Source: Candidatus Neomicrothrix sp. UBA2517 (GTDB taxonomy: Bacteria > Actinomycetota > Acidimicrobiia > Acidimicrobiales > UBA8592). From it: a stretch of 64,000 nt of DNA. The stretch lies in the NCBI GenBank assembly GCA_002341185.1, contig DDNP01000002.1:51709-115708 (forward strand), read 5' to 3'. The notes beneath the pieces are model-generated. The model was not told where the DNA came from, searched no databases, and saw only the letters and a program-made list of their open reading frames with translations. Both the position numbers and the translations under genes were made by a program. Positions 48,765 to 58,453 of this stretch are shown one piece after another. Numbering within the stretch: position 1 is the first letter of the stretch; the number at the start of each line of letters is the position of its first letter.

Positions 48765-49121
48765 TTATATTTGTGCTTCTACTCTAGCCCACGCTTCGAT
48801 CTCTACAACTGCTCCGAGAGGAAGAGCTGCTACAGCTACAGCGGAACGCGCAGGCCGATGTATTCCGAACTCATTCATATAAATATCATTCATCTGCTGG
48901 TAATCGCCTATATCTGTAAGAAAAATAGTTGTCTTAACAACATTTTGAAGTGTGATCCCTTCACTTTCTAGAAGAGCTTTGAGGTTTATAAATGCCTGCA
49001 CCAGTTCGGGTTCAAGCCCTCCACTAACTAGCAAGCCGTTCCGAAGGCCTATTTGGCCAGATGTAATAAACCACTCGCCAGATTGTAAAATTGGTGTGTA
49101 TGGTCCAATAGGTTTTGACAT
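48765..49121 (-). CDS. RidA/YjgF family protein
   Basis: PIGPY, SGQIG, NVVKTTIFL, RPARSAV, LPLGAVVEIE. Start taken at ATG 49121. Confidence 0.92.
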   Translation of the reverse strand: MSKPIGPYTPILQSGEWFITSGQIGLRNGLLVSGGLEPELVQAFINLKALLESEGITLQNVVKTTIFLTDIGDYQQMNDIYMNEFGIHRPARSAVAVAALPLGAVVEIEAWARVEAQI

Positions 49122-49199
49122 ATCTTTAGAGTACTCGGAGCCATTAACCAACTATGAGACTCTTATCAAACTCTTAATAGAGTCGAGTAGAATATAGGA

Positions 49200-50120
49200 A
49201 TGAGATACAAGAATATTGCTACTAAAAAAGGCGCTTTGACTCGAAGGCTGTTTCTATTAGGAGCTAGCACTACTGCTATTACAGTTGCTTGCTCACCCCA
49301 AAATTTGAATCCTGAGAATAGTTCAATTAGCAATCTTAGATATCTAAAGAGCGGTTTCGCTGATGGGCTTGTCAGCCCTACGACACTTAGCGTAAGGTCA
49401 CCTCAACGAGCTCCATTCTTACTATACGGGTCTGACGGAATCCCAATCGTAAATAATGTGCCAAAGACAATTGCAGCTAGTCTGCAATTTCCATCGGGTA
49501 AATCTGAAGCACTTGATTTAGAGAGGTTTAGTGAGGCAATCCCTACTCCGTATTTTCTTCTGCGTTTTGAAACAAATGAGGTGGGAATTCATAAGTTGTC
49601 TTATCTACTTGATGAAAATCGTCAGTCACTTTCTTTTTTTGTTGATGAACAAGAAAATATTGATCTAGTTCAAATAGGAGATAAATTACGTGAAACAGAG
49701 ATGCCTACTTTTGATGACCCGCTAAATTTCTCAATGATTTGTACTCGATTTGATCCATGTCCGTATCACGCTGTCACCGTCAGAGAAGCCTTGTCGAATT
49801 CTTTACCGACTGTTCTACTGATTTCTACACCTGGGTTTTGTCAAACAAGTATTTGTGGCCCCTCGCTGGAAATACTGATCGAACTTCTTGAAGACAATAC
49901 AGAAGGTCTGAACGTAATACATGCGGAAGTGTATGTTAACCCTGAAGACATATCTAAAACTAATAACATAACAGATCTCCTATCTCCAGTGGTTAAGGAC
50001 TATGGAATGACTTTTGAACCAAGCCTCATAACCGCTAACGGCGAAAATGTAGTGACCGCGCGCCTAGATTACACATTTGACAAAATTGAGATGGAGACTG
50101 CTTTATCTACGATTAACTAA
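49200..50120 (+). CDS. Putative Tat-exported lipoprotein with C-terminal thioredoxin-like domain
   Basis: TRRLFL twin-arginine motif, lipobox ITVAC, C-terminal LLISTPGFCQTSICGP...FEPSL. Confidence 0.6.
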   Translation: MRYKNIATKKGALTRRLFLLGASTTAITVACSPQNLNPENSSISNLRYLKSGFADGLVSPTTLSVRSPQRAPFLLYGSDGIPIVNNVPKTIAASLQFPSGKSEALDLERFSEAIPTPYFLLRFETNEVGIHKLSYLLDENRQSLSFFVDEQENIDLVQIGDKLRETEMPTFDDPLNFSMICTRFDPCPYHAVTVREALSNSLPTVLLISTPGFCQTSICGPSLEILIELLEDNTEGLNVIHAEVYVNPEDISKTNNITDLLSPVVKDYGMTFEPSLITANGENVVTARLDYTFDKIEMETALSTIN

Positions 50121-50433
50121 AGCTTTGTCCGCATCCGCAGGTCTTTTGAGCATTTGGATTGTCAATGCTGAAGCCTGACTGGTCTAAACCATCTTTGTAA
50201 TCGAGCGTGGCTCCCTGCAGAAGCATAGAACTTGAAGGATCTACAACCACTCGGATAGCCCCAAAATTAAGTGTTTCATCGTCATCAGCTATATCCGAAT
50301 CAAAATACATTTCATAGCTAAATCCTGAACAGCCACCGGGCCTAACAGCCACCCTAAGCGCGAGATCTTCTTCGCCTTCTCCTTTAATTAACTCATCTAC
50401 TTTTGTGGTTGCGGTCTCTGTAAGTGTGATCAC
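50113..50433 (-). CDS. Fe-S cluster A-type carrier (ErpA/IscA family)
   Basis: RVAVRPGGCSGFSY, NPNAQKTCGCGQSF. GTG 50433 preceded by GGAG chosen as start. Confidence 0.94.
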   Translation of the reverse strand: MITLTETATTKVDELIKGEGEEDLALRVAVRPGGCSGFSYEMYFDSDIADDDETLNFGAIRVVVDPSSSMLLQGATLDYKDGLDQSGFSIDNPNAQKTCGCGQSFS

Positions 50434-50508
50434 TTCTAACTCCATTAGGTTGGTTAAATTCATTTTACAAGAAAGTATGGCAGAGAGAAAAGGGTTACGT
50501 AAAAAATT

Positions 50509-51690
50509 TTGTATGATTTTCTTATGGATGATAATAATTCTGATCTTGGAATCAAAGAAAAGGTCATGAATCAACTACGAGGTGTTATTGATCCAGAACT
50601 TGGTTCAGACATTGTTGACTTAGGCATGGTTAAAGAAGTTGACTTCAGAGATAGCGGTGAATTACAGATAACAATTGCTTTAACCACCGCTGGGTGCCCA
50701 TTAAAGGCGCAAATTCAAAAAGATATCCGAGGAAGAATGAAAAGTATCTCGGAAGTTAAACATGTCAAAGTTAATTGGACTGAGTTATCAGATGAAGAAC
50801 GTGCACAAACGATGGACCGAGCTCGATTTAATTTATCGAAGGAGGATGTAGTCACTCAAATTCCACCAACGACGAAATCGATCATGATTGCTTCTGGAAA
50901 AGGTGGAGTAGGGAAATCATCAGTAACTGCAAATATCGCTACCGGACTAGCGGCGAGGGGCCTGACAGTGGGTGTTCTTGATGCTGATATTTGGGGATTC
51001 TCAATTCCTCAAATGCTAGGCGTTGAAGGACGGTTAGCTGGAAACGAAGAAACTAAGAGGATTGTTCCACTAGTTAAAAACATAGGATCAGGCACATTGA
51101 AGATTATTTCAATGGGGTTCTTAGTTGATGAAAATAAATCATCTCTCAATTGGCGTGGCTTAATTCTAAATCGTGCTGTACGACATTTTCTTGAAGACGT
51201 TGAATGGGGTGAAATGGATTACCTCATAATTGACATGCCTCCAGGAACAGGCGACGTTCAAATGGGGTTGGCAAAGATGCTTCCGAGGTCAGACATGATC
51301 GTTGTGACTACACCATCAAAAACTGTGCAAACTGTAGCGACACGAGTTGCTAGCATGGCACAAAGTTACTACTTGAGGATTGCGGGAGTAGTCGAAAATA
51401 TGTCAGCGTTTATAAATGAGGATGGAAAAGAATATAACATATTTGGTAGCGGCGGCGGAGAAGAGTTGGCTCAAGAACTTGGAGTGCCTTTATTAGGTTC
51501 TATTCCCATTGACCCATTCGTTAGCAATGGGTCCGATACTGGGGTTCCAGTTATTCTTGGCGATGGCCATGCTGCTAGAGCCCTGAATTCAATAGTCGAT
51601 GAAGTGATTTCAGCAGTGCCAAGAATTAATCCCCTGGACTGCACGGCTCATGGATCCTTAGAAACATCTGTATCTATCACAAATAGTTAA
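50509..51690 (+). CDS. mrp: Mrp/NBP35 (ApbC) Fe-S carrier ATPase with N-terminal DUF59
   Basis: VIDPELGSDIVDLGMV, LTTAGCPL, SGKGGVGKS, DADIWG, DMPPGTGD, VVENMS. Confidence 0.93.
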   Translation: MYDFLMDDNNSDLGIKEKVMNQLRGVIDPELGSDIVDLGMVKEVDFRDSGELQITIALTTAGCPLKAQIQKDIRGRMKSISEVKHVKVNWTELSDEERAQTMDRARFNLSKEDVVTQIPPTTKSIMIASGKGGVGKSSVTANIATGLAARGLTVGVLDADIWGFSIPQMLGVEGRLAGNEETKRIVPLVKNIGSGTLKIISMGFLVDENKSSLNWRGLILNRAVRHFLEDVEWGEMDYLIIDMPPGTGDVQMGLAKMLPRSDMIVVTTPSKTVQTVATRVASMAQSYYLRIAGVVENMSAFINEDGKEYNIFGSGGGEELAQELGVPLLGSIPIDPFVSNGSDTGVPVILGDGHAARALNSIVDEVISAVPRINPLDCTAHGSLETSVSITNS

Positions 51691-52487
51691 CGAATTGCCC
51701 ATCCTGCTTTTAGGAGTTTAACTGATTTCTCGTCCGCCAGTTTAGCCAAATGAACTTCAAAGGTTTCGGCTAAGCTTTCAATTTCTTCCGGCTCTGAACC
51801 CTTTGAAACACTAGCAATTGCGATTTCTGCTGTGGTTTTAGCACCTTTTTTTAGGGCTCTCATGATAGCTTGATCGGTCTTATCAAACGACTGGATCACT
51901 GTAGAAATAGCATTCTTGGGATCTTCAATTACGTGTCCAAATGCTGGAGCGAATCTCTTTAGACGCATCCTTTGTATCTTCTGGAAACTCTGATGGTAGG
52001 CAATAAGATCAGAGGACCCAGAAATAAGAGGAATTGATTCATCATCCAAAAGCAACTTTCCACAAATCAATGTTTTCTCTTCCTCTAATAAGAAAGACTT
52101 ATGACCAGCTACTGGACCATCCATATCATGAATAGTAATTCTGAACTCGGTTCCCAAAATTGTGTCTCCGTCTTTGGGAGTTAATCTTTCTGCTCCTGTG
52201 CGTTCGATAAGTTCATCTATTGCTCCGGCATGCTCAGGGTTCGAGCAAGTACTTGTAACCCAGCGGATTCGATCTCCACCACAGCCAATGACCGAATCGA
52301 GGTGCACACTGTTTTCTGGACCCGGATCAATGACTACAATTTCATCAATGCCTATTAGATAAGTGTTAGTTCCGTAAGATGTGTGGGGGCTTGGATTTAA
52401 GGCAAGAATCCTTCTTACAAGAGGACTTAACGCGCGAGCAACACCGGGCACTATTGGCTCTGGTCCTTCTTCCTTCTCTAGTTCCAT
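51687..52487 (-). CDS. Metallo-beta-lactamase-fold protein (LACTB2-like) with degenerate metal site
   Basis: RRILALNPS, GTNTYLIG, VVIDPGP identify the family; HxHxDH reads TCSNPEH. Confidence 0.75.
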   Translation of the reverse strand: MELEKEEGPEPIVPGVARALSPLVRRILALNPSPHTSYGTNTYLIGIDEIVVIDPGPENSVHLDSVIGCGGDRIRWVTSTCSNPEHAGAIDELIERTGAERLTPKDGDTILGTEFRITIHDMDGPVAGHKSFLLEEEKTLICGKLLLDDESIPLISGSSDLIAYHQSFQKIQRMRLKRFAPAFGHVIEDPKNAISTVIQSFDKTDQAIMRALKKGAKTTAEIAIASVSKGSEPEEIESLAETFEVHLAKLADEKSVKLLKAGWAIR

Positions 52488-52512
52488 AAGTTATAAACCT
52501 TTGTGACCTTTC

Positions 52513-53022
52513 TTAGTCATCCTCTAATTCCGGTGGGAAATTCTCACTGTCATGTTCTGCGTTTAGATCTACAATTCTACCTTGATCATTCCGATAGAAG
52601 AAGAAAGAATTCCGAGAATTATTATTTTTGCTTTCGTTGTTTTGTGAATCTTCAAAGATTGAAGATTTGTACCTAAATCTACTCAAGACAAGACTTCGAA
52701 AAATAGGTCTGCTTAATGGAAATAAAAGCAATAGACCGAAGGCATCAGTTAAAAAACCCGGAGTTAGCATCAATGCCCCCGCAAATAGAACTAGACCCCC
52801 ATCAACCAACTCTTTATTGGGTATTTGCCCTCTAATTAATTGGGATTTTATTTTTCGAATTATCCCGAGTCCTTGTGCTCGAACTAACCAGGCGCCAATA
52901 AAACTAACAAGAACCAATAGCAGGATCGAATTGAAAACCCCTGTATTCTGAGCGACTTTAACGATCACATACAATTCTGCGATTGGGATAATTATGAAAA
53001 GAATGACCAAAATAAACATCAA
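52513..53022 (-). CDS. fxsA: FxsA family membrane protein
   Basis: IIIPIAELYVI, GAWLVRAQG, GALMLTPGFLTDAFG. Confidence 0.9.
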   Translation of the reverse strand: MMFILVILFIIIPIAELYVIVKVAQNTGVFNSILLLVLVSFIGAWLVRAQGLGIIRKIKSQLIRGQIPNKELVDGGLVLFAGALMLTPGFLTDAFGLLLLFPLSRPIFRSLVLSRFRYKSSIFEDSQNNESKNNNSRNSFFFYRNDQGRIVDLNAEHDSENFPPELEDD

Positions 53023-53136
53023 TTTCAGTCTACGTCTGATTTATTAACGTTTGACCAAACCTACTGAATCGGAACTTTTTTAGATTTGGTAATTTCTTTT
53101 ATGAAAAAATGCATTGAATCGTCCTAGAGTCAATAC

Positions 53137-54396
53137 ATGGATACTTATCCTCCATCTGTGAATGAATTAGTAGAAGCCTATTCCGAGTCTGGAATACCTA
53201 GACCTCTTCTTGTGGATGAAGTTAGAAAAGCTATCGATGAAAGACAATGGGATAAGTTAGATGAACGTATTGAAGTTCTTAAGAGATTATCGCTACAGGA
53301 AGTAGTCAATGGGACAGGCGTAATTTTACACACAAATCTTGGTCGGGCGTCTTGGCCATCAACTTTTTCAGGAGCCCCAATAAATCTTGAATTTGACTTA
53401 AACTCTGGATCTCGAGGATCACGACAAAACTACATAGGTCGCTTATTTGCAAACCTATGCGGGACAGAGTCAGCGATGGTAGTTAATAACTGTTCATCAG
53501 CTGTTCTTTTAATCCTTTCTGCTCTTGCCCATGAACGCGGCGTAGCAATTTCAAGAGGAGAAATGGTGGAAATAGGCGGAGGTTTTCGAGTCCCAGACGT
53601 TCTTGAACTATCTGGAGCGTACCTAGTAGAAGTTGGAACAACGAATAAAACGCGACGAGAAGATTACGAACGTGCAATAAATGCTAACCGAGATGTCTCT
53701 ATGATTATGAAGATCCATCAATCCAATTACAAGATAGTTGGTTTCACCGAATCTACAGAAATGCAGGAACTTTCTGGAATCGGAGTGCCGTTAGTAGCTG
53801 ATATTGGTTCCGGATTGTTAGACGAAAATTGTTTCTGGTTAGAAAATGGACCACCCAACTGGCTAATAGGTGAACCAGGTGCACGACAAACTCTTTTACA
53901 GGGCGCTGATATTGTAACTTTTTCTGCTGACAAATTATTAGGTGGTCCACAAGCAGGCATTATCGCAGGAAAAAAAGACCTTATCAATAAATGCCTTAAT
54001 CATCCTTTTGCACGAGCGGTCAGGCCTGGTGGATTAGTCCTTTCGTCTCTTCAAGATTTGGCATACAAGTATCTAAATCGTAATTGGGAAGAAATTCCAT
54101 TTTGGAAGATGGCCGTTACGACTGTAGATGAACTTCAGGAACGGGCAGAAAACCTCAAAATCGGAACTCCTGTGCCTCTATATTCTGTTCCTGGTGGAGG
54201 AACCCTTCCTGATGTTGAGATCCCTTCATTTGGTATTAAAATTAATGACGATATTTCATCACAACTTCGCGATATGGTCGATGATAATCTACCGATCATT
54301 GCACGAGTCGAAGACGGTAATACGCTGCTCGATTTAAGAACTATTAACCCTGCATTAGATGAATACGTGAAATCATCGCTAAAGCAAATTCTCTAG
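53137..54396 (+). CDS. selA: L-seryl-tRNA(Sec) selenium transferase
   Basis: VVNGTGVILHTNLGRA, VVNNCSSA, SRGEMVEIGGGFRVP, EVGTTNKT, FSADKLLGGPQAG (PLP Lys). Confidence 0.95.
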   Translation: MDTYPPSVNELVEAYSESGIPRPLLVDEVRKAIDERQWDKLDERIEVLKRLSLQEVVNGTGVILHTNLGRASWPSTFSGAPINLEFDLNSGSRGSRQNYIGRLFANLCGTESAMVVNNCSSAVLLILSALAHERGVAISRGEMVEIGGGFRVPDVLELSGAYLVEVGTTNKTRREDYERAINANRDVSMIMKIHQSNYKIVGFTESTEMQELSGIGVPLVADIGSGLLDENCFWLENGPPNWLIGEPGARQTLLQGADIVTFSADKLLGGPQAGIIAGKKDLINKCLNHPFARAVRPGGLVLSSLQDLAYKYLNRNWEEIPFWKMAVTTVDELQERAENLKIGTPVPLYSVPGGGTLPDVEIPSFGIKINDDISSQLRDMVDDNLPIIARVEDGNTLLDLRTINPALDEYVKSSLKQIL

Positions 54397-54400
54397 ATCT

Positions 54401-56125
54401 GTGAAGAATCACGTTATCTGTACGGCTGGTCACGTCGATCATGGAAAATCATCGTTAGTGAATGCCTTGACCGGAGTCGACCCGGACCGATGGGAAGAGG
54501 AAAAGCGAAGAGGACTGACTATTGATTTAGGTTTCGCGAAAAGTACATTGCATGATTTCTGTAATGTCTCATTCATTGATGTTCCAGGACATGAACGCTT
54601 TTTGAAAAATATGCTTGCAGGCGTCGGTGCAGTTAACGGATGCCTTTTCGTCGTTGCATGTACTGAAGGTTGGAAACCCCAATCTGAAGAGCATCTTCGA
54701 ATTCTCGACTTATTAGGTGTGAAGCAGGGAATTATTGCTCTTACAAAGATCAATTTGGCGGATGAAGATTTACGTGAAATTGCCGCAATTGAAATCATTG
54801 ATCATCTTGAAGGAACCTTTCTTGAAGGTGCTCCCATTATCCCAATCGACAGTATCACTGGAGAAGGAATAGAATCTCTCACTCTGGAATTAGGAAATAT
54901 GTTAAGCGATACCCCTGTTAGGAAAGATGATAATAGGGCTCGTGTTTGGATTGATAGAGTATTCACAATAAAAGGTGCCGGAACAGTCGTAACAGGAACG
55001 CTTACAGGAGGTTCACTTAAAGTTGAAGATGAGATTGTTATCAACCCCCAAAATATTTTGACAAAGATACGTTCCCTCCAGTCTCATGATGAGCATGTAT
55101 CAAGTATTGAACCAGGGTCTCGTGTTGCTATTAATCTCTCTAATATTGATCATCGAACCATAAAAAGAGGAGACGTTATCACCAGACCTAAGCAATGGTT
55201 TCTTACATCAACATTTGATGCTGAGCTGAATGTTCTTCCAAATATCCAACATGAAATTTCGAGACGTGGAGCTTATTTAGCCTATCTCGGAACAAATGAA
55301 GAATCCGTAAAAGTGCGAGTTCTTGGAGAAAATTCTATTCCTGCGGGAGGTACGGGTCTTATCCGTGTGTATATGAATGAAAAATTCCCGCTCATGTTAG
55401 GTGATCGCCTTATCCTAAGAGAAAGTGGGAGAAATGAAACTATAGGTGGGGTAACCGTATTAGATCCTGAACCCATTTTACGAGCAGTCGATGCAAAGCC
55501 TGATCGTTCATTGGACCGAATAATTAAAGAACATGGATGGATAACGCCCTCTCATTTAGAGGCGTTAACGGGAGTAAAAAAAGACGTCGATGTACCCGGT
55601 TGGATTGTTGACCCAGACTCTCTGAAGAAAGTAGTTGCTGAATTATCGCGCAGACTAATAAACGCAGGAAACCTTGGTATTGACAAGACATCACTAACAC
55701 AATTTGAGCGTGCGGCAGCAGGTCTACTCAATGAAGCAGTAACGGAAGGAAATTACCTTCGATTGAAAGGGACAGGTAATTTCTCAGATCATCCCTATTT
55801 AGACCAATTGAGAGCAAACCTTTTTAAACCACCATTGCCTGATGCAATAGGCCCAAGAGAGTTACGTGAATTGGTGCGTCGAGAACTAATTATTGAAGAA
55901 AATGGGATATTTTTTTCAAATGATGCAGTTGGAAAGGCAGCTGAAATAATCAGTAATTTATTGCAAGACAATCCTGAGGGTGTGACTGTGGGAGAAATAC
56001 GGATTGCTTTAGATAGTACTCGGAAATTTGTTATTCCTCTTCTAAGTCATCTTGATCAGATAGGTGCGACTGTTAGAAGAAACGATGTTCGTCTAGCAGG
56101 AAAAAGATTAAAAGAAATCATATGA
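54401..56125 (+). CDS. selB: Selenocysteine-specific elongation factor
   Basis: TAGHVDHGKS, EEKRRGLTIDLGF, DVPGHERF, IDRVFTIKGAGTVVTGT; C-terminal TRKFVIPLLSHLD winged helix. Confidence 0.95.
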   Translation: MKNHVICTAGHVDHGKSSLVNALTGVDPDRWEEEKRRGLTIDLGFAKSTLHDFCNVSFIDVPGHERFLKNMLAGVGAVNGCLFVVACTEGWKPQSEEHLRILDLLGVKQGIIALTKINLADEDLREIAAIEIIDHLEGTFLEGAPIIPIDSITGEGIESLTLELGNMLSDTPVRKDDNRARVWIDRVFTIKGAGTVVTGTLTGGSLKVEDEIVINPQNILTKIRSLQSHDEHVSSIEPGSRVAINLSNIDHRTIKRGDVITRPKQWFLTSTFDAELNVLPNIQHEISRRGAYLAYLGTNEESVKVRVLGENSIPAGGTGLIRVYMNEKFPLMLGDRLILRESGRNETIGGVTVLDPEPILRAVDAKPDRSLDRIIKEHGWITPSHLEALTGVKKDVDVPGWIVDPDSLKKVVAELSRRLINAGNLGIDKTSLTQFERAAAGLLNEAVTEGNYLRLKGTGNFSDHPYLDQLRANLFKPPLPDAIGPRELRELVRRELIIEENGIFFSNDAVGKAAEIISNLLQDNPEGVTVGEIRIALDSTRKFVIPLLSHLDQIGATVRRNDVRLAGKRLKEII

Positions 56126-56182
56126 CACTTGTTTCCCCTAAAGCTAGGTTTAGAAGAGAACTAAATAGATAATAGGAGAAAT

Positions 56183-56899
56183 ATGGCTGCTGGACCTACA
56201 CCTCATCTTGAAGGGACCTTAGGAGATTATGCACCGACAGTCCTCTTGCCCGGAGATCCCAAAAGGGCCAGATTTATTGCTGAGAATTATCTACAAAATG
56301 TAAAGCTAGTTAATTCTGTTAGAGGAGCTGAGGGATTTACGGGAGAGTTTGATGGTACTCCTGTTTCAGTTCAGTCAGTTGGCATGGGGATTCCTTCTGC
56401 ACTTATTTATTACACGGAGTTGATTAGATTCTTCGGTGTTAAAAAGCTAATTCGTGTAGGGAGTTGTGGAGGGTTGAGTGAGTCTGTTCGACTAGGAGAC
56501 CTTATTTGTGCTTCTGCTGCTGGGACTGATTCTGCAGCAGTCCAGAAGTTAAACGGCGAACTTACTCTGCCTTCACTAGCTGACTGGGATTTACTATTCT
56601 CGGCAGTGAATGTCGCTAAGAGTGCTGGGATACATATGTCCGTTGGTCCAGTTTTTACTAGTGACCTATTTTACGGACCCGACCCTGAACTGTTTCCTAA
56701 ATTAACTAGTCGCGGAATTCTAGGGGTTGAGATGGAAATAGCAGGACTATACACTATCGCGCAGGTAGAAAATGTGAAGGCATTAGCTCTCGTCACTGTC
56801 AGCGATGACATAATCCGACAAGAGATCATGAGTTCCGTAGATAGAGAGTCTACGTTTGATGAAATGATTAAAGTCGCATTAGAAATTGCTAAAAACTGA
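56183..56899 (+). CDS. deoD: Purine nucleoside phosphorylase, DeoD (hexameric) type
   Basis: TPHL, VLLPGDPKRA, SVGMGIPS, LIRVGSCG, TSDLFY, GVEME, TVSD. Confidence 0.92.
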   Translation: MAAGPTPHLEGTLGDYAPTVLLPGDPKRARFIAENYLQNVKLVNSVRGAEGFTGEFDGTPVSVQSVGMGIPSALIYYTELIRFFGVKKLIRVGSCGGLSESVRLGDLICASAAGTDSAAVQKLNGELTLPSLADWDLLFSAVNVAKSAGIHMSVGPVFTSDLFYGPDPELFPKLTSRGILGVEMEIAGLYTIAQVENVKALALVTVSDDIIRQEIMSSVDRESTFDEMIKVALEIAKN

Positions 56900-56913
56900 T
56901 CCCATTTTTTTGA

Positions 56914-57186
56914 CTAGTCAGTGAAATGTCGAATTGCAGGAACTAATTCTTTCCTTTCTGTTGCATTGAGCCCTCCCCATATTCCATGCTGTTCCCCTAT
57001 TTGAAGTGCGTAATTTAGGCAATCATTTTGGACCACACATGTTTGACAAATCACTTTTGCCCGGCGTTCACGTTCTCTACGGTCAGATTTTCTTTCAAAG
57101 TGCGAAGGGGGAAAAAATACTTTTATTTGCGGACCGCGACAAGCAGCACGAACCTGCCATCTCTGATCATTCAGAACTACACTCAT
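56914..57186 (-). CDS. WhiB family Fe-S transcriptional regulator (WhiB3/WhiD-like)
   Basis: WQVRAAC...C..C....C with GIWGGL; four Cys present. Confidence 0.92.
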   Translation of the reverse strand: MSVVLNDQRWQVRAACRGPQIKVFFPPSHFERKSDRRERERRAKVICQTCVVQNDCLNYALQIGEQHGIWGGLNATERKELVPAIRHFTD

Positions 57187-57271
57187 GATCCCCCTTTTAT
57201 GGGAACCTAGTCAGAGATTTTTACGCAAGCAAGATAAAAACAAAAATTTTCGGTCGAAATTACTCTTTTGA

Positions 57272-58444
57272 TTACTCTCTCAATATTTGTGTGGTTGCGA
57301 ATCTTCCTCTGATCATTATTGGCATCCCTCTTGCCATCAGTACCAAAATTCCAACTATTCCTACAGACATAGGAATCCATGACATTTGTACATTGGCTTC
57401 GTAATACAAGAAAATTGTTCCGATTGTGAACATTATTTGGCCTGCTAAGGTCCAAAATCTAGGTACCACTGTCTGAATATCGATAGCAAAAGCCAGCATG
57501 GATAAAAGCAATAATGATAGAGCCCAAGAACGGAATGGAAGAATAGTTAATCCATAGGCGCTTAGCGACACCGAGACAGCGCCGATCACTCCTGCAATAC
57601 CTATTCCTATTGAGAAAAATTCAAATATTAACAAGGCTAAGCCGGACACAAGAAGTAAATAAGTTATTGGTGGACTCGCAACAGTATGCAGTAGCTGGTC
57701 TATGAGATTGAGTCTATTAATTTTGGTTTTTGTTAGAGGTGACAATCGTGGACCATTATCTGTCTCAATGACTTCTGAAATAAAGCTATCGCGATTGACA
57801 AGAAAATCTCCAAGAGTCGGATTCGCACACCTTGCTAGTTGCTCTTTTTCTGTTAATGATTTACCCAACTCATCAATTTCTACTCGTTCGCACTTAACAA
57901 GATTAGCTTCAATAGCCTCATCCCACTGCAGAGTATCGCCCTGCAAAAGGTTAATTTCTTTAATGTCAGATGTAATTTCCGAGATCGGGAAAACTAATTC
58001 TCCTGTTTTGCCAATTGTTGATCCTATCGATACTCCAAGTGAGTCGGATAAAAGAACCAATTGAGCAACTTTTCCCTGAGCAGTTGAACCAGATGGGCCA
58101 ACCCAAACTTCAATTGGGACAGACGAATCTGTAAATGCTTGTCCTAGTGCAACTAACCTTTGATTTGAAATGACTGCTTGTTTTGAATTTACTTGCAGAA
58201 TTAAGGCATTAGCTCCACTCCTTTGAGCATCTTTGATTGAGTCTTCAAGTGCTGAAGCAAGAACATCGTCAAGTAGGCCGCTAACTTCAAAAACTTCTAC
58301 ATAACCCGGATTAAGTGATTCTTCACTCTCTTGTCCTTGGAGTTGTTGCGCTGGAAACAGCAGATAACCCAAAACGAACGCTACCAATACGAAAACTTTT
58401 GATCGCGAAAACTTCAGGACCTTGACGGGGAGAGTAAATCTCAT
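57272..58444 (-). CDS. NfeD-like membrane protein lacking the C-terminal OB domain
   Basis: ClpP-like N-domain (LILQVNS, VWVGPSG), then ASPPITYLLLVSGLALLIFEFFSIGIG TM bundle; stops at FATTQILRE. Confidence 0.75.
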   Translation of the reverse strand: MRFTLPVKVLKFSRSKVFVLVAFVLGYLLFPAQQLQGQESEESLNPGYVEVFEVSGLLDDVLASALEDSIKDAQRSGANALILQVNSKQAVISNQRLVALGQAFTDSSVPIEVWVGPSGSTAQGKVAQLVLLSDSLGVSIGSTIGKTGELVFPISEITSDIKEINLLQGDTLQWDEAIEANLVKCERVEIDELGKSLTEKEQLARCANPTLGDFLVNRDSFISEVIETDNGPRLSPLTKTKINRLNLIDQLLHTVASPPITYLLLVSGLALLIFEFFSIGIGIAGVIGAVSVSLSAYGLTILPFRSWALSLLLLSMLAFAIDIQTVVPRFWTLAGQIMFTIGTIFLYYEANVQMSWIPMSVGIVGILVLMARGMPIMIRGRFATTQILRE

Positions 58445-58453
58445 ACCTTTATC

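Noticed and set aside
49200-50574. Selenoprotein candidates (thioredoxin-like and HesB/ErpA-like genes) given selABC
   Set aside because: Both use Cys codons and end in TAA/TAG-type stops. The TGA-ending genes I checked stop at natural family ends or overlap the next start, so there is no evidence of UGA readthrough. This was a manual check, not a SECIS search.
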